A stretch of 64,000 nucleotides of DNA from Pristiophorus japonicus (Eukaryota): assembly GCF_044704955.1 (NCBI RefSeq), contig NW_027251843.1:1116001-1180000 (forward strand), given 5' to 3'. Every line of letters begins with the position of its first letter. The stretch's first letter is position 1. Of this stretch, positions 48,076 through 60,739 are shown piece after piece. The translations under genes and the position numbers were made by a program. The notes under the pieces are model-generated. The model saw only the letters and a list, made by a program, of their open reading frames with translations. It did not search any database and was not told where the DNA came from.

Positions 48076-51000
48076 TATATGTCCTTACACACGACTATAT
48101 ATTCACATGAGGCACATTCTGCAGACAAGGTCACTCTGTGACCTGAACCTTTATTCACAGGACCAAGAAGTGATGACCCTGCGTGAGACCTCCCTTTATA
48201 TACCTGGAAGACCAGGTGAGGAATGTCTCCCACAAGTTCACCCCCTGTGGTCAAGGTATGCATTTCTTAGGTGTATATAGTATGCAGTGTTATTACATAA
48301 AGGTTACAGTTACATGAAGGTTACATACATGACATCACCTCTCTCCAACATCTTATGGGGTTAAAGATTAAGTCTTTCAGGCGGTCGACGTTCTCTCGTG
48401 GAGCGCCGAAGTTGGGGCTCTGGTTGTTGAGCCTTGGTATGCGTGTCTGTCACCTGTGGTGACTCGGGCTTGTCCGGGCTGGCCACAGGAACTGTGCATG
48501 CTGCTGAATGTTCTTGTTGCTCGTTCACTGGCAGTGGTGTGGGCAACATCTCATGATCTTCCACAGGTTCCTCAGTGTCCATGCTGAACCTTTTTTTTTA
48601 CTTGGTCCACATGCTTGCGGCATATCTGTCCATTTTTAAGTCTGACCACTATGACCCTATTCCCCTCTTTGCCAATTACAGTACCCTCAATCTACGTGAT
48701 GAAGAACAAATACAGGGTCATCGATTTCTATACATCTCCCCTTTGAGTTACGGTCATGGCACTCATTTTGGGACTGGCGCTTGCCCACAACAATGTCTGA
48801 CAGGACTGGATGAATGAAGGACAGCCGAGTTTTAAGTGTACGTTTCATGAGTAGTTCCATGGGCGGGACTCCCGTGAGCGAATGCCAGCAGGAGTCACGA
48901 TAGGTGGCATTGAAGGGAGGGTCCTTGAATCTGGAGCATGCCTTGTTTTATGATTTGGACCGCACGTTCTGCCTGGCCATTGGAAGCCGGCTTGAACGGC
49001 GCCGTCCTGATATGTTTGATGTCATTACCCGACATGAACTCCCGGAATTCATAGCGAGTGAAACACGGGCCATTGTCGCTAACCAGAATGTCCGGCAAGC
49101 CGTGGATCACTCAGACCACATGCAGGCTCTCCACAGTGGTGGATGTCGTACACAAATTCAATATGATGCACTCGATCCATTGAGGAACAACAATGAGGAA
49201 CATTTTTTCCATGAATGAGCCCGCGTAGTCTAGGTTAATACGTGACCATGGCCTGGTGGGCAAGGGCCACGGGCTGAGTGCGGCCTCGCTGGGGGCATTG
49301 CCCAGCTGGGTATACGTCGTGCACCTGTGAACACAGTGTTCCAGGTCCGAGTCAATTCCCGGCCACCAGAGATGTGACCGGGCAATGGCTGTGCAGTTCT
49401 CTGACGAATGCTTCCCTGCCCCTCTGGGGCATGACTACCCGGCTGCCCCATAGTAGGTAGTCAGCTTGGATGGAGAGCTCATCCATCTGTCTGTGAAACG
49501 GTCTGACCTCCTCGGGGCATGCTCCATGTGCGGGCGCCAAATCCCCAGGCAGGACACATTTCTTAATCAAGGATAGGAGGGGATCTCTGTTGGTCCAGAT
49601 TTTGATCTGGCGGGTTGTGATGGGGGAGCCTGCGCTGTCAAAGGCATCGACAGCCATGACCATCTCAACATTTTGCTCTGCTGCCCCCTCTGTGGTGGCC
49701 AGTGGAAGCCTGCTGAGCGCGTCAGCGCAATTTTCGGTGTCTGGCCGGTGCCGTATGGTGTTGTCATATTCAGCCAGCGTGAGAGTCCATCGCTGTATGC
49801 GAGCTGACACATTGGCATTGACAGCTTTGTTGTCTGACAACAGGGATGTTAATGGCTTGTGGTCCATTTCTAACTTCTGCCAAAAAGGTACTGTGCATCT
49901 TTTTCACCCCGTAGACACATGCGAGTGCTTCCTTTTCAACCATCCCATATCCCCGTTCTGCTTGGGAGAGTGACCTGGAGGCATAAGCCACAGCTTGGAG
50001 TTGGCCCTCATCATTACTCTGCTGCAACACGCACCCAACCCCATAGGATGGTGCATCACATGTCAAATCCAATTTCTTACAGGGTTTGAACAGGGTCAAC
50101 AGCTTATTTGAACAAAGCAGGTTCCGCGCCCGATTGAAAGCCCATTCCTGACAGACCCCCAAAACCAATCGCAACCCTTACACAGGAGCATGAGTAGCAG
50201 CTCCAACAATGTGCTTAAGTTCGTCAGAAAGTTCCCGAAATAGTTCAAGAGTCCCAGAAGTGCATGTAACTCCGATGTGTTGCCGGGCCTGGGCGCACGA
50301 CGAATCGCCTCCGCTTTGGTTTCGGTAGGCCGGATCCGGTCTGCGACAACCATCCTGCCCAAAAACTCGACCTCTGGGACCAAAAACACACACTTGGACT
50401 TCTTTAGTCACAGGCCTCCTTGGTCCAGTTGGCGTAGCACCTCCTCCAGGTTGTGGAGGTGTTCCTCGGTGTCTCAACTCGTGATAAGGATGTCGTCATG
50501 AAATACGATTGTTCCAGGGATGGATTTGAGCAGGCTTTCCATGTTTCTTTGAAAGATAGCGGCTGCTGATCGAATGCCAAATGGACACCTATTGTAGACA
50601 AACAGCCCCTTGTGCGTGGTGATGGTTGTCAGTAGCTTGGATTGTTTGGCCAGTTCCAAGGCATGTAGACTGAAGTGACGTCCAACTTGGTGAACAGCTT
50701 GCTGCCTGCCAGCGTGGCAAAAAGTTCCTCCGCTTTCGGAAGCGGGTATTGGTCTTGTAGAACCACTCGGTTGATAGTGGCCTTATAGTCACCACAGATC
50801 CTGACCGAGCCATCCTTTTTTAGGACAGGGACGTTGGGGCTTGCCCAGTCGCTGAATTCAACGGGCGTAATTAAGCACTCTCTTAGCAACCTGTACAACT
50901 CACTCTCAATTTTCTACCGCATCACAGACGGCACAGCTCTGGCTTTGTGGTGCACTGGTCTGGCGTCCGGGGTGATGCGTATCACGACTTTGGTACCCTT

Positions 51001-53808
51001 GAACGTCCCAACACCGGGTTGAAATAGTGACTCAAATTTCTGTCGGACCTGTGAGCGTGAACTTTGCTCCACGGATGAAATGGTGTGCACATCCCCCCAT
51101 TTCCAGTTCATCTCGGCTAGCCAGCTCCTCCCCAAAAGCGCGGGACCATTTTCTGGGACAATCCAGAGTGGCAGCCGGTTCTCTGATCCATTATGTGTGA
51201 CCAGCAACATTGCATTGCCTCGCACTGGGATGATCTCTTTGGTGTACATCCGTAATTGCGTGTCAATGCATTCTAGTTTGGGTCTGCTAGCTCGGAGTGG
51301 CCATAACTTCTCGAATTGTTGGACACTCCTAAGTGGCTGGCTGGCCCCTGTGTCCAGCTCCATGCGTACCGGGATGCTGGTTAATAGGACTTTCATCATC
51401 ATGGCTGGCGTTTTGGTATATGAGCTGTGGATGTTTGCTACATGAACCCGCTGAACTTCAGCGTCCATTGCTTTGTCCCAAGCATCAACCTGCCTTGCAG
51501 ACCCCTCTTCTGGTTCATCTGCCTTGTAAATTAGCCTCGCTGCAGGCTTCCTGCACATTCTGGCTAAATGTCCACTGAAGTTACAATTTCTACAGATAAA
51601 TTGTTGAAACCTACAGGTTTTTGCAGCATGTTTGCCCCCGCACCTCCAGTGAGTAGTGGGGTACCGCAAGGTTCTGTGCTGGGGCCCCAGCTGTTTACAT
51701 TGTACATTAATGATTTAGACGAGGGGAATAAATGTAGTACCTCCAAATTTGCAGATGACACTAAGTTGGGTGGCAGTGTGAGCTGCGAGGAGGATGCTAT
51801 GAGGCTGCAGAGCGACTTGGATAGGTTAGGTGAGTGGGCAAATGCATGGCAGATGAAGTATAATATTGATAAATGTGAGGTTATCCACTTTGGTGGTAAA
51901 AACAGAGAGACAGACTATTATCTGAAAGGTGACCGATTAGGAAAAGGGGAGGTGCAATGAGACCTGGGTGTCATGGTACATCAGTCATTGAAGGTTGGCA
52001 TGCAGGTACAGCAGGCGGTTAAGAAAGCAAATGGCATGTTGGCCTTCATAGCGAGGGGATTTGAGTACAGGGGCAGGGAGGTGTTGTTACAGTTGTACAG
52101 GGCCTTGGTGAGGCCACACCTGGAGTATTGTGTCCAGTTTTGGTCTCCGAACCTGAGGAAGGACATTCTTGCTACTGAGGGAGTGCAGCGAAGGTTCACC
52201 AGACTGATTCCCGGGATGGTGGGACTCACCTATCAAGAAAGACTGGATCAACTGGGCTTGTATTCACTGGAGTTCGGAAGAATGAGAGGGGACCTCATAG
52301 GAACGTTTAAAATTCTGATGGGTTTAGACAGGTTAGATGCAGGAAGAATGTTCCCAATGTTGGGGAAGTCCAGAACCAGGGGTCACAGTCTAAGGATAAG
52401 GGGTAAGCCATTTAGGTCGAGATGAGGAGAAACTTCTTCACCCAGAGAGTGGTGAACCTGTGGAATTCTCTACCCCAGAATGTTGTTGAGGCCAATTCAC
52501 TAAATATATACAAAAAGGAGTTAGATGAAGTCCTTACTATTAGGGGGATCAAGGGGTATGGCAAGAAAGCAGGAATGGAGTACTGAAGTTGCATGTTCAG
52601 CCATGAACTCATTGAATGGCGGTGCAGGCTCGAAGGGACGAATGGCCTACTCTTGCACCTATTTTCTATGTTTCTATGTTTCTATGAGCTGAGATTGTTG
52701 TGAACAAAAGGGCTGTTGCCAGGCATTCCTCTCTGATTATCTCTTTGATTACTCTTGAGCACTCTGTTAGTGGGTGTCAATGGCCCCATCCCTCGACACA
52801 TTGTCCACCGTGATGGCGTAAATGTCCATTCAACCTGCCATTGTCTCTGTTGAGGACCCACTCTCGAGTCTGTTGCTGCCTGAGTGGTGTCGAATTGCCC
52901 TTGCCTGCCTGCGGGGTTCTGAGTCGCGTTTACAATGTTAACTCCCTGATCCATTGCCACGTTGGAAACAGAGTTGCACGCGTATATTGTCTTGGTTTCC
53001 TCTTCCCCTGCCATGAAGGTCTGAGCCATGAACGCCACCACTTCCAAGGTCAAGTCCTTGGTCTCAATTAGCTTTCTGAAAATCCCGACATGACCAATGC
53101 CCTCAATAAAGAAATCCCTTAACATCTCCCTCCTGCAGGCGTCTGTGAACTTACAGAGGCTGGCCGAGCACCGAAAGTCTGCATCGAAGTCCAGTATGCT
53201 CTGTCCTTCCCAACGTCGGTGTGTATAGAATCGGTGTCGGGCCATGTGTATACTGCTCGCCGGTTTGAGGTGCTCACTGATCAGTTTGCTGAGCTCTTCA
53301 AAGGTTTTGTCCGCCGGCTTCTCGGGTGCGAGCATGTCTTTCATCAGCGCGTACGTCTTAGGTCCACAGCTGGTCAGTAGATGCGCACTTCGCTTGTCAG
53401 CCGCTGCATCTCCCAGCAGACCTTTGTGACAAAGCTCTGCTGGAGCCTCTCAATTAAATCGTCCCAGTCGTTACCAACACAGTACCGTTTCTCTGTGCTA
53501 CCGGTGGCCATTCTCGTGAGTCGTTGATTCCTGTTTCTCTTCGCCAAATGTAATGTCCTTACACACAAATATAAATTCACATGAGGCACATTCTGCAGAC
53601 AAGGTCACTCTGTGACCTGAACCTTTATTCACAGGACCAAGAAGTGATGACCCTGCATGGGACCTCCCTTTATAAACCTGGAGGACCAGATGAGGAGTGT
53701 CTCCCACAAGTTCACCCCCTGTGGTCAAGGTGTGCATTTCTTAGGTATATATAGTATGCAGTGTTATTACATGAAGGTTACAGTTACATGAAGGTTACAT
53801 ATATGACA
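48076..53808 (-). mobile_element. Near full-length Mag-like Gypsy element with both LTRs
   Basis: LTRs 48076-48334 and 53549-53808; 5-bp TSD GTGGA (48071-48075, 53809-53813); PBS tggcgaagag; PPT ggagagaggtga; gag (52682-53500), MELDTGAS, RICGDYK, FHDDIL and VSDNGPCF. Confidence 0.94.
51648..52686 (+). mobile_element. CR1 3' fragment inserted in the Gypsy gag zinc-knuckle region
   Basis: GVPQGSVLGPQLF, KFADDTKL and a (ttctatgt)n tail. Confidence 0.93.
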
Positions 53809-55752
53809 GTGGATGCTTACAACAAAATGGATTGATTGTGCAGTAATGTTTGGAAGCACGTCCACGGCCACCATTGAAAGTCTAAGAGCTATGTTTGCCA
53901 CGCAAGGCCTGCCCAATGTCCTAGTCAGCGACAATGGGCCATGCTTCACGAGTGCTGTATTCAAAGAATTCATGACCCGCAACAGGATCAAACATGTCAC
54001 ATCTCTGCCGTTGAAGCCTGCATCCAATGGCCAGGCAGAACGGGCAGTTCAGACCATCAAGCAAAGCTTGAAACGCGTGTCGGAAGGCTCCCTGCCGAAC
54101 CGGTTGTTCCGAGTACTGCTCAGCTACTGCACCAGACCCCACTCACTGACAGGGATTCCCCCAGCCGAGCTGCTCATGAAAAGGGCGCTTAAAACAAGGC
54201 TCTCTCTGGTCCACCCTGATCTACATGATCACATGGAGGACAAGCGGCATCAACAGAGTGTGTATCATGACCTCGCAAACTTGTCACGCGATATTGAGAT
54301 CAATGATCCTGCGTTTATGCTCAATTTTGGACATGGTCCAAAATGGCTTGCTGGCATGACCACAGCCAAAGAGGGGAGTAGGGTGTTTGAGGTCAAAGTG
54401 ACCAATGGACAAATGCACAGAAAATACTTGGACCAAATTAAACTGCGGTTCACCAACAGCTACGGACAACCTCAAGAGGACGCTACCAACTTTGACCTTC
54501 CAACACGCACACAAGTGGCAACTGACATCACAGTTGACCAGGAAACAGAACTCGTCATCACCAGCAGCCCGGCAAGGCCGGCTGCCCAACAGTCCAATGA
54601 AGAACTGACCAACCCAATCATATCAACATTTGTACCAAGACGATCGACAAGGGAGCGCAGAGCCCCAGATCATCTCACCTTGTAAATAAGTGTATTGTTG
54701 ACTTCACGGGGGAGGGATGTCATGTATTTAACCCCTTGTAACCTTGTAACCTGCATCAGACCTGTCCACCAGAGTGCCGACCTGTTGGAGTTCCAAGGGA
54801 TCCCAGCATCCCTTGGGAGTACAGTCTATAAGCAGGCCACCCACGAAGTACCTGCATTCTGGAACTACAATAAAGGAGCTAAGGTCACACTTGCTAATGA
54901 CACACAGTACTCGGTCTGAACATTTATTATGAGCATCACAGTTATAAAATAAAGATTGACAGCGAGCCACGTAAGGAGACATTGAAAATTGCAGCTCAGT
55001 CAAATTGTGAGGGAAATTGGCAGTGCTGTCTTCATACCAAAAGGGGACGATGTTGGTTCTGAAAAGACCACATTTTTAGACAATTTCTGTATCACTCAGT
55101 TGATTGGTTTGTAAAACCCATTTGTACCAAACCTCCAGTCAGGTTTGCAGAATCATTTCCAGTTCCCCATGTGTCATTTGATGGTGGATCTCAGCGTGTA
55201 TCTCCTCGTCCGCTCATGAGGCGGTGTCTCAGATCGATTGGCGGGGCAGCAACCACTCTGCACTGCAGCAAGCATCAGCAGGCCATTCCACTGTGGGAGG
55301 CCTCACCGCGGAGCTCGGTGCACGGGGTATATCCACAGAGAGACGCTCTGTTGCCAGGTACAGCAGCAACAACCGGCATTGCTATAGAAACTGGAACATT
55401 AGAACAACATCCCAAGGCAGCTGAAAGAGGCGTAATCTGGTCAAAGTGGTGCTGAGCCAAAGAGGGAGGAGCTGGGAGGGTTGTACAAAATGCTCAGTCA
55501 CAGATTGGGTTTGAAGGGAGGTCTTAAAAGAGGAGAGGGGTGGAGTGGCAGAGAGGTTTAGGGAGCAGGGAGTTAGGGCCCAGGCAGCTGAAGGAGGCCC
55601 CCAATGGAGGGGGAAGGGAAGGGGGGGATGGATAAGAAGCCTGAGCCAGATACAGCGGCCCCTGAACACAACAACAACTTGCATTTATATAGCGAGTGTT
55701 GTGACAATGACAGACAGTGAGAATATTACCCTGATAATATAACCCTGATAAT

Positions 55753-58700
55753 AAAAAATTCTGGAATTTTTTGAGGATGCAACTCGTAGAGTGGACAAGG
55801 GAGAACCAGTGGATGTGGTGTATTTGGACTTTCAAAAGGTTTTTTGACAGGGACCCGCACAAGAGATTGGTGTGCAAAATTAAAGCACATGGTATTGGGG
55901 ATAATGTACTGACGTGGATAGAGAACTGATTGGAAGCAGTGTGTCGGAATAAACGGGTCCTTTTCAGAATGGCAGTCAGTGACTAGTAGAGTGCCGCAGG
56001 GCTCAGTGCTGGGACTCCAGCTCTTTGCAATATACATTAATGATTTGGATGAAGGAATTGAGTGTAATATCTCCAAGTTTGCAGAAGACACTAAACTGGG
56101 TGGCGGTGTGAGCTGTGAGGGGGATGCTAAGAGGCTGCAGGGTGACTTGGACAGGTTAGGTGAGTGAGCAAATGCATGTCAGATGCAGTATAATGTGGAT
56201 AAATGAGAGATTATTCATTTTGGAGGCAAAAAATGAAGGCAGAATATTATCTGAATGGCGGCAGATTAGGAAAAGGGGAGGTGCCATGAGACGTAGGTGT
56301 CACGGTTCATCAGTCTTTGAAGGTCGGCATGCAGGTACAGCAGGTGGTGAAGAAGGCAAATGGTTTGTTGGCCTTCATAGCTAGGGGATTTGAGTATAGG
56401 AGCAGGGAGGTCTTACTGCAGTTGTACAAGGCCTTAGTGAGGCCTCACCTGGAATATTGTGTTCAGGTTTGGTCTCCTAATCTGAGGAAGGATGTTCTTG
56501 CTATTGAGGGAGTGCAGCGAAGGTTCACCAGACTAATTCCAGGGATGGCTGGACTGTTATATGAGGATAGACTGGATCAACTGGGCCTTTATTCACTGGA
56601 GTTTAGAAGGATAGAAACATAGAAACATAGAAAATAGGTGCAAGAGTAGGCCATTCGGCCCTTCGAGCCTGCACCGCCATTCAATGAGTTCATGACTGAA
56701 CATGCAACTTCAGTGCCCCAACCCTGCTTTCTCGCCATACCCCTTGATCCCCCTAGTAGTAAGGACTACATTTAACTCCTTTTTGAATATATTTAGTGAA
56801 TTGGCCTCAACAACTTTCTGTGGTATGGAATTCCACAGTTTCACCACTCTCTGTGTGAAGAAGTTTCTCCTCATCTCGGTCCTAAATGGCTTACCCCTTA
56901 TCCTCAGACTGTGACCACTGGTTCTGGACTTCCTCAAAATTGGGAACATTCTTCCTGCATCTAACCTGTCTAAACCCGTCAGAATTTTGAATGCTTCTAT
57001 GAGATCCCCTCTCATTCTTCTGAACCCCAGTGAATACAAGCCCAGTTGATCCAGTCTTTCTTGATATGTCAGTCCCGCCATCCCGGGAATCAGTCTGGTG
57101 AACCTTCGCTGCAGTCCCTCAATAGCAAGAAGGTCCTTCCTCAAGTTAGGAGACCAAAACTGTACACAATACTCCAGGTGTGACTTCACCAAGGCCCTGC
57201 ACAACTGTAGTAACACCTCCCTGCCCCTGTACTCAAATCCCCTCGCTATGAAGGCCAACATGCCATTTGCTTTCTGAATTGCCTGCTGTACCTGCATGCC
57301 AACCTTCAATGACTGATGTACCATAAAACCCAGGTCTCGTTGCACCGTCCCTTTCATTAATCTGTCACCATTCAGATAATAGTCTGTCTCTCTGTTTTTA
57401 CCACCAAAGTGGATAACCTCACATTTATCCACATTATACTTCATCTGCCATGCATTTGCCCACTCACCTAACCTATCCAAGTCACTCTGCAGCCTCATAG
57501 CATTCTCCTCGCAGCTCACACTGCCACCCAACTTCGTGTCAACCACAAATTTGGAGATACTACATTTAATCCCCTCGTCTAAATCATTAATGTACAATGT
57601 AAACAGCTGGGGCCCAAGCACAGAACCTTGTTGTACCTGCCATTCTGAAAAGTACCCATTTCTCCTACTCTTTGCTTCCTGTCTGCCGACCAATTCTCAA
57701 TCCATGACAGCACTCGACCCCCAATCACATGTGCTTTAACTTTGCACATTAATCTCTTGTGTGGGACCTTGTCAAAAGCCTTCTGAAAGTCCAAATACAC
57801 CACATCAACTGGTTCCCCCTTGTCCACTCTACTGGAAACATCCTCAAAAAATTCCAGAAGATTTGTCAAGCATGATTTCCCTGTGACAAATCCTGCTGAC
57901 TTGGACCTATCATGTTACCTCTTTCCAAATGTGCTGCTATGACATCCTTAATAATTGATTCCATCATTTTATCCACTACCGATGTCAGGCTGACCGGTCT
58001 ATAATTCCCTGTTTTCATTCTCCCTCCTTTTTTAAAAAGTAGGGTTACATTGGCTACCCTCCACTCCATAGGAACTGATCCAGATTCTATGGAATGTTGG
58101 AAATTGACTGTCAATGCATCCGCTATTTCCAAGGCCACCTCCTTAAGTACTCTGGGATGCGGACCATCAGGTCCTGGGGATTTATCGGCCTTCAATCCCA
58201 TCAATTTCCCCAACAGAATTTCCCGCCTAATAAGGATTTCTCTCAGTTCCTCCTTCTTACTAGACCCTCTGACCCCTTTTATATCCGGAAGGTTGTTTGT
58301 GTCCACCTTAGTGAATAACGAACCAAAGTACTTGTTCAATTGGTCTGCCATTTCTTTGTTCCCAGTTATGACTTCCCCTGATTCTGACTGCAGGGGACCT
58401 ATGTTTGTCTTTACTAACCTTTTTCTCTTTACATATCTATAGAAGCTTTTGCAGTCCATTTTAATGATCCCTGTAAGCTTCCTCTCGTACTCTATTTTCA
58501 CTGCCCTAATCAAACCCTTTGTCCTCCTCTGCTGAGTTCTAAATTTCTCCCAGTCCCCGGGTTCACTGCTGTTTCTGGCCAATTTGTATGTCACTTCCTT
58601 GGCTTTAATAATATCCCTGCTTTCTCTTGATAGCCACGGTTGAGCCACCTTCCCTTTTTTATTTTTACGCCAGACAGGGATGTATAATTGTTGTAGTTCA

Positions 58701-59548
58701 ACTATGCGGTCTCTAAATGTCTGACAGTGCCCATCCACTGTCAACTCCTTAAGTATCATTCGCCAATCTATCCTAGCCAATTCACGCCTCATACCTTCAA
58801 AGTTACCCTTCTTTAAGTTCTGGACCATGGTCTCTGAATTAACTGTTTCATTCTCCATCCTAATGTAGAATTCCATCATATTATGGTCACTCTTCCCCAA
58901 GAGGCCTCGCACAACAAGATTGCTAATTAATCCTCTCTCATTACACAACACCCAGTCTAAGATGGCCTCCCCCCTAGTTGGTTCCTCGACTTATTGGTCT
59001 AGAAAACCATCCATTATGCGCTCCAGGAAATCCTCCTCCACCGTATTGCTTCCAGTTTGGTTAGCCCAATCTATATGCATATTGAAGTCACCCATGATAA
59101 CTGCTGCACCTTTATTGCATGCAGCCCTATTTTCCAGTTTGATCCCCTCCCCAACAGAAGGGATCTCATAGAAACGTATAAGATTCTGCTGGGACGGGAT
59201 ATGTTTGATGCAGGAAGAATGTTCCCGATGTTGGGGAAGTCCAGAACCAGGGGACATAGTCTTAGGATAAGGGGTAGGCCATTTAGGCCTGAGATGAGAA
59301 GAAACTTCTTCACTCAGAGAGTTGTCAATCTGTGGAATTCCCTACCGCAGAGAGTTGTTGATGCCAGTTCATTGGATATATTCAAGAGGGAGTTAGATAT
59401 GGCCCTTACGGCTAAGGTGTCAAGGGGTGTGGCGAGAAAGCAGGAAAGGGGCACTGAGTGAATGATCAGCCATGATCATATTGAATGGCGGTGCAGGCTC
59501 GAAGGGCCGAATGGCCTACTCCTGCACCTATTTTCTATGTTTCTATGT
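55753..59548. mobile_element. CR1 (+; 55753-56612 and 59157-59548) split by an antisense CR1 (-; 56611-59156)
   Basis: The + copy breaks at gagtttagaagga and resumes at gggatctcatagaaacg. The - copy has the 361-aa and 327-aa ORF2 pieces and its own tail. Confidence 0.9.
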
Positions 59549-60739
59549 AACACAGTATTTACAGCACTTGACACTGTGGGGAAAACTTGTAATTTTAAAT
59601 CCATGAGCTGGACATAAGCGAGAGCAGGACCTGATTGTGGCCGGTGCGGAGATCACCACTTACAGAAGGTAGTTACTGCAGGGAATTCAGGGCCACAGTG
59701 ATCTCCTGGACTAGTTTCAATTGCCTGCGTGCGGGGGGCAGGGGCGGGGTGTCGGAGAGGAGTTGCCCAGATTTATTTCCCCCCCATGGGTTTTTTACCT
59801 GGTTTATCTCCTCTCCCAGGAGATCAGGTAGTTTTGGGTGGGGTGGAGAGTCTATACTGTGATACACAAGGTATCACAATTGTGTGGCACGGGCTGGATG
59901 GACCACGGGGTTTTTACCTGTCCTTCACTCTCCATGGGTTTGGATTTCAAAGATGTAGAGCTGAATTGGAAAGAAAGACTGGCATTTATAAACTGCCTTT
60001 CACCACCTCAGGATGTCCCAAAGTGCTTTACAGCCAATGAAGTATTTTTGAAGTATAGTCACTGCGGTAATGGAGGAGACACAACAGACAGTTTGTGCAC
60101 AGCAAGCTCCCACATATGACTATGACCAGATAATGGGCCCAAATTGCTATTGCCCCACTTGGGGCGGTAACTTTTCCCACACCGAAATCCCGCCCTGGAA
60201 GCAAAATTGGGGTCACGACACCTGACAGGAAAGGGAGCGCAATGTGGTGTTCTGTACTTCCCCTGGGGGTGGGCTCGGGGGCGAGTTTCGGGCTGCACAA
60301 TTGCGGCATCGACCCCACCATATCGGCACAGAAAGACCCAACCGGTTAGTCGTCAAAAACAAATGACGGGGTGCGACAGCACGCACCTCCCGGTAAATTT
60401 CACCCCGCAACTGAAGTGCGGCCCGGTTAATGATCCACAGGCCCAGCGCGGACACAGCTCACGTACACCGCTCATGGTCATGGACACGGCTCACAGGAGG
60501 CGGACACGACTCACTGGGCGCTATCCGTTTCAAGTCTCAAGAATGTGACTTGAACCCACAACCTTCGGATTCAGAGGTGAGTGTGCTGCCCATTGAGCCA
60601 CAGCTGACTGAGCTGAAAACTTAAGGCCCATTAATGGCCCATCGACGGTGTTCGCCCTCAGTGGGGTGAACAAATCCAGAAATTATGGCCTGAATGATGT
60701 AGGTCAGGCCATTATTTGCTTTTTTTAAGTTTTAAGTTT

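Larger units (their letters stand above)
45976..54940 (+). mobile_element. Mag-like Gypsy element, 3' half (RT end, RNase H, integrase, PPT, 3' LTR 54718-54940), interrupted twice
   Basis: LACDASSY, AYASRSL, TDHKPL, ARSHVWWPGID and VSDNGPCFTS..PASNGQAER. Host pieces are 45976-46760, 47628-48075 and 53809-54940. PPT gggggaggga precedes TGTCA...TCACA. Confidence 0.9.
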
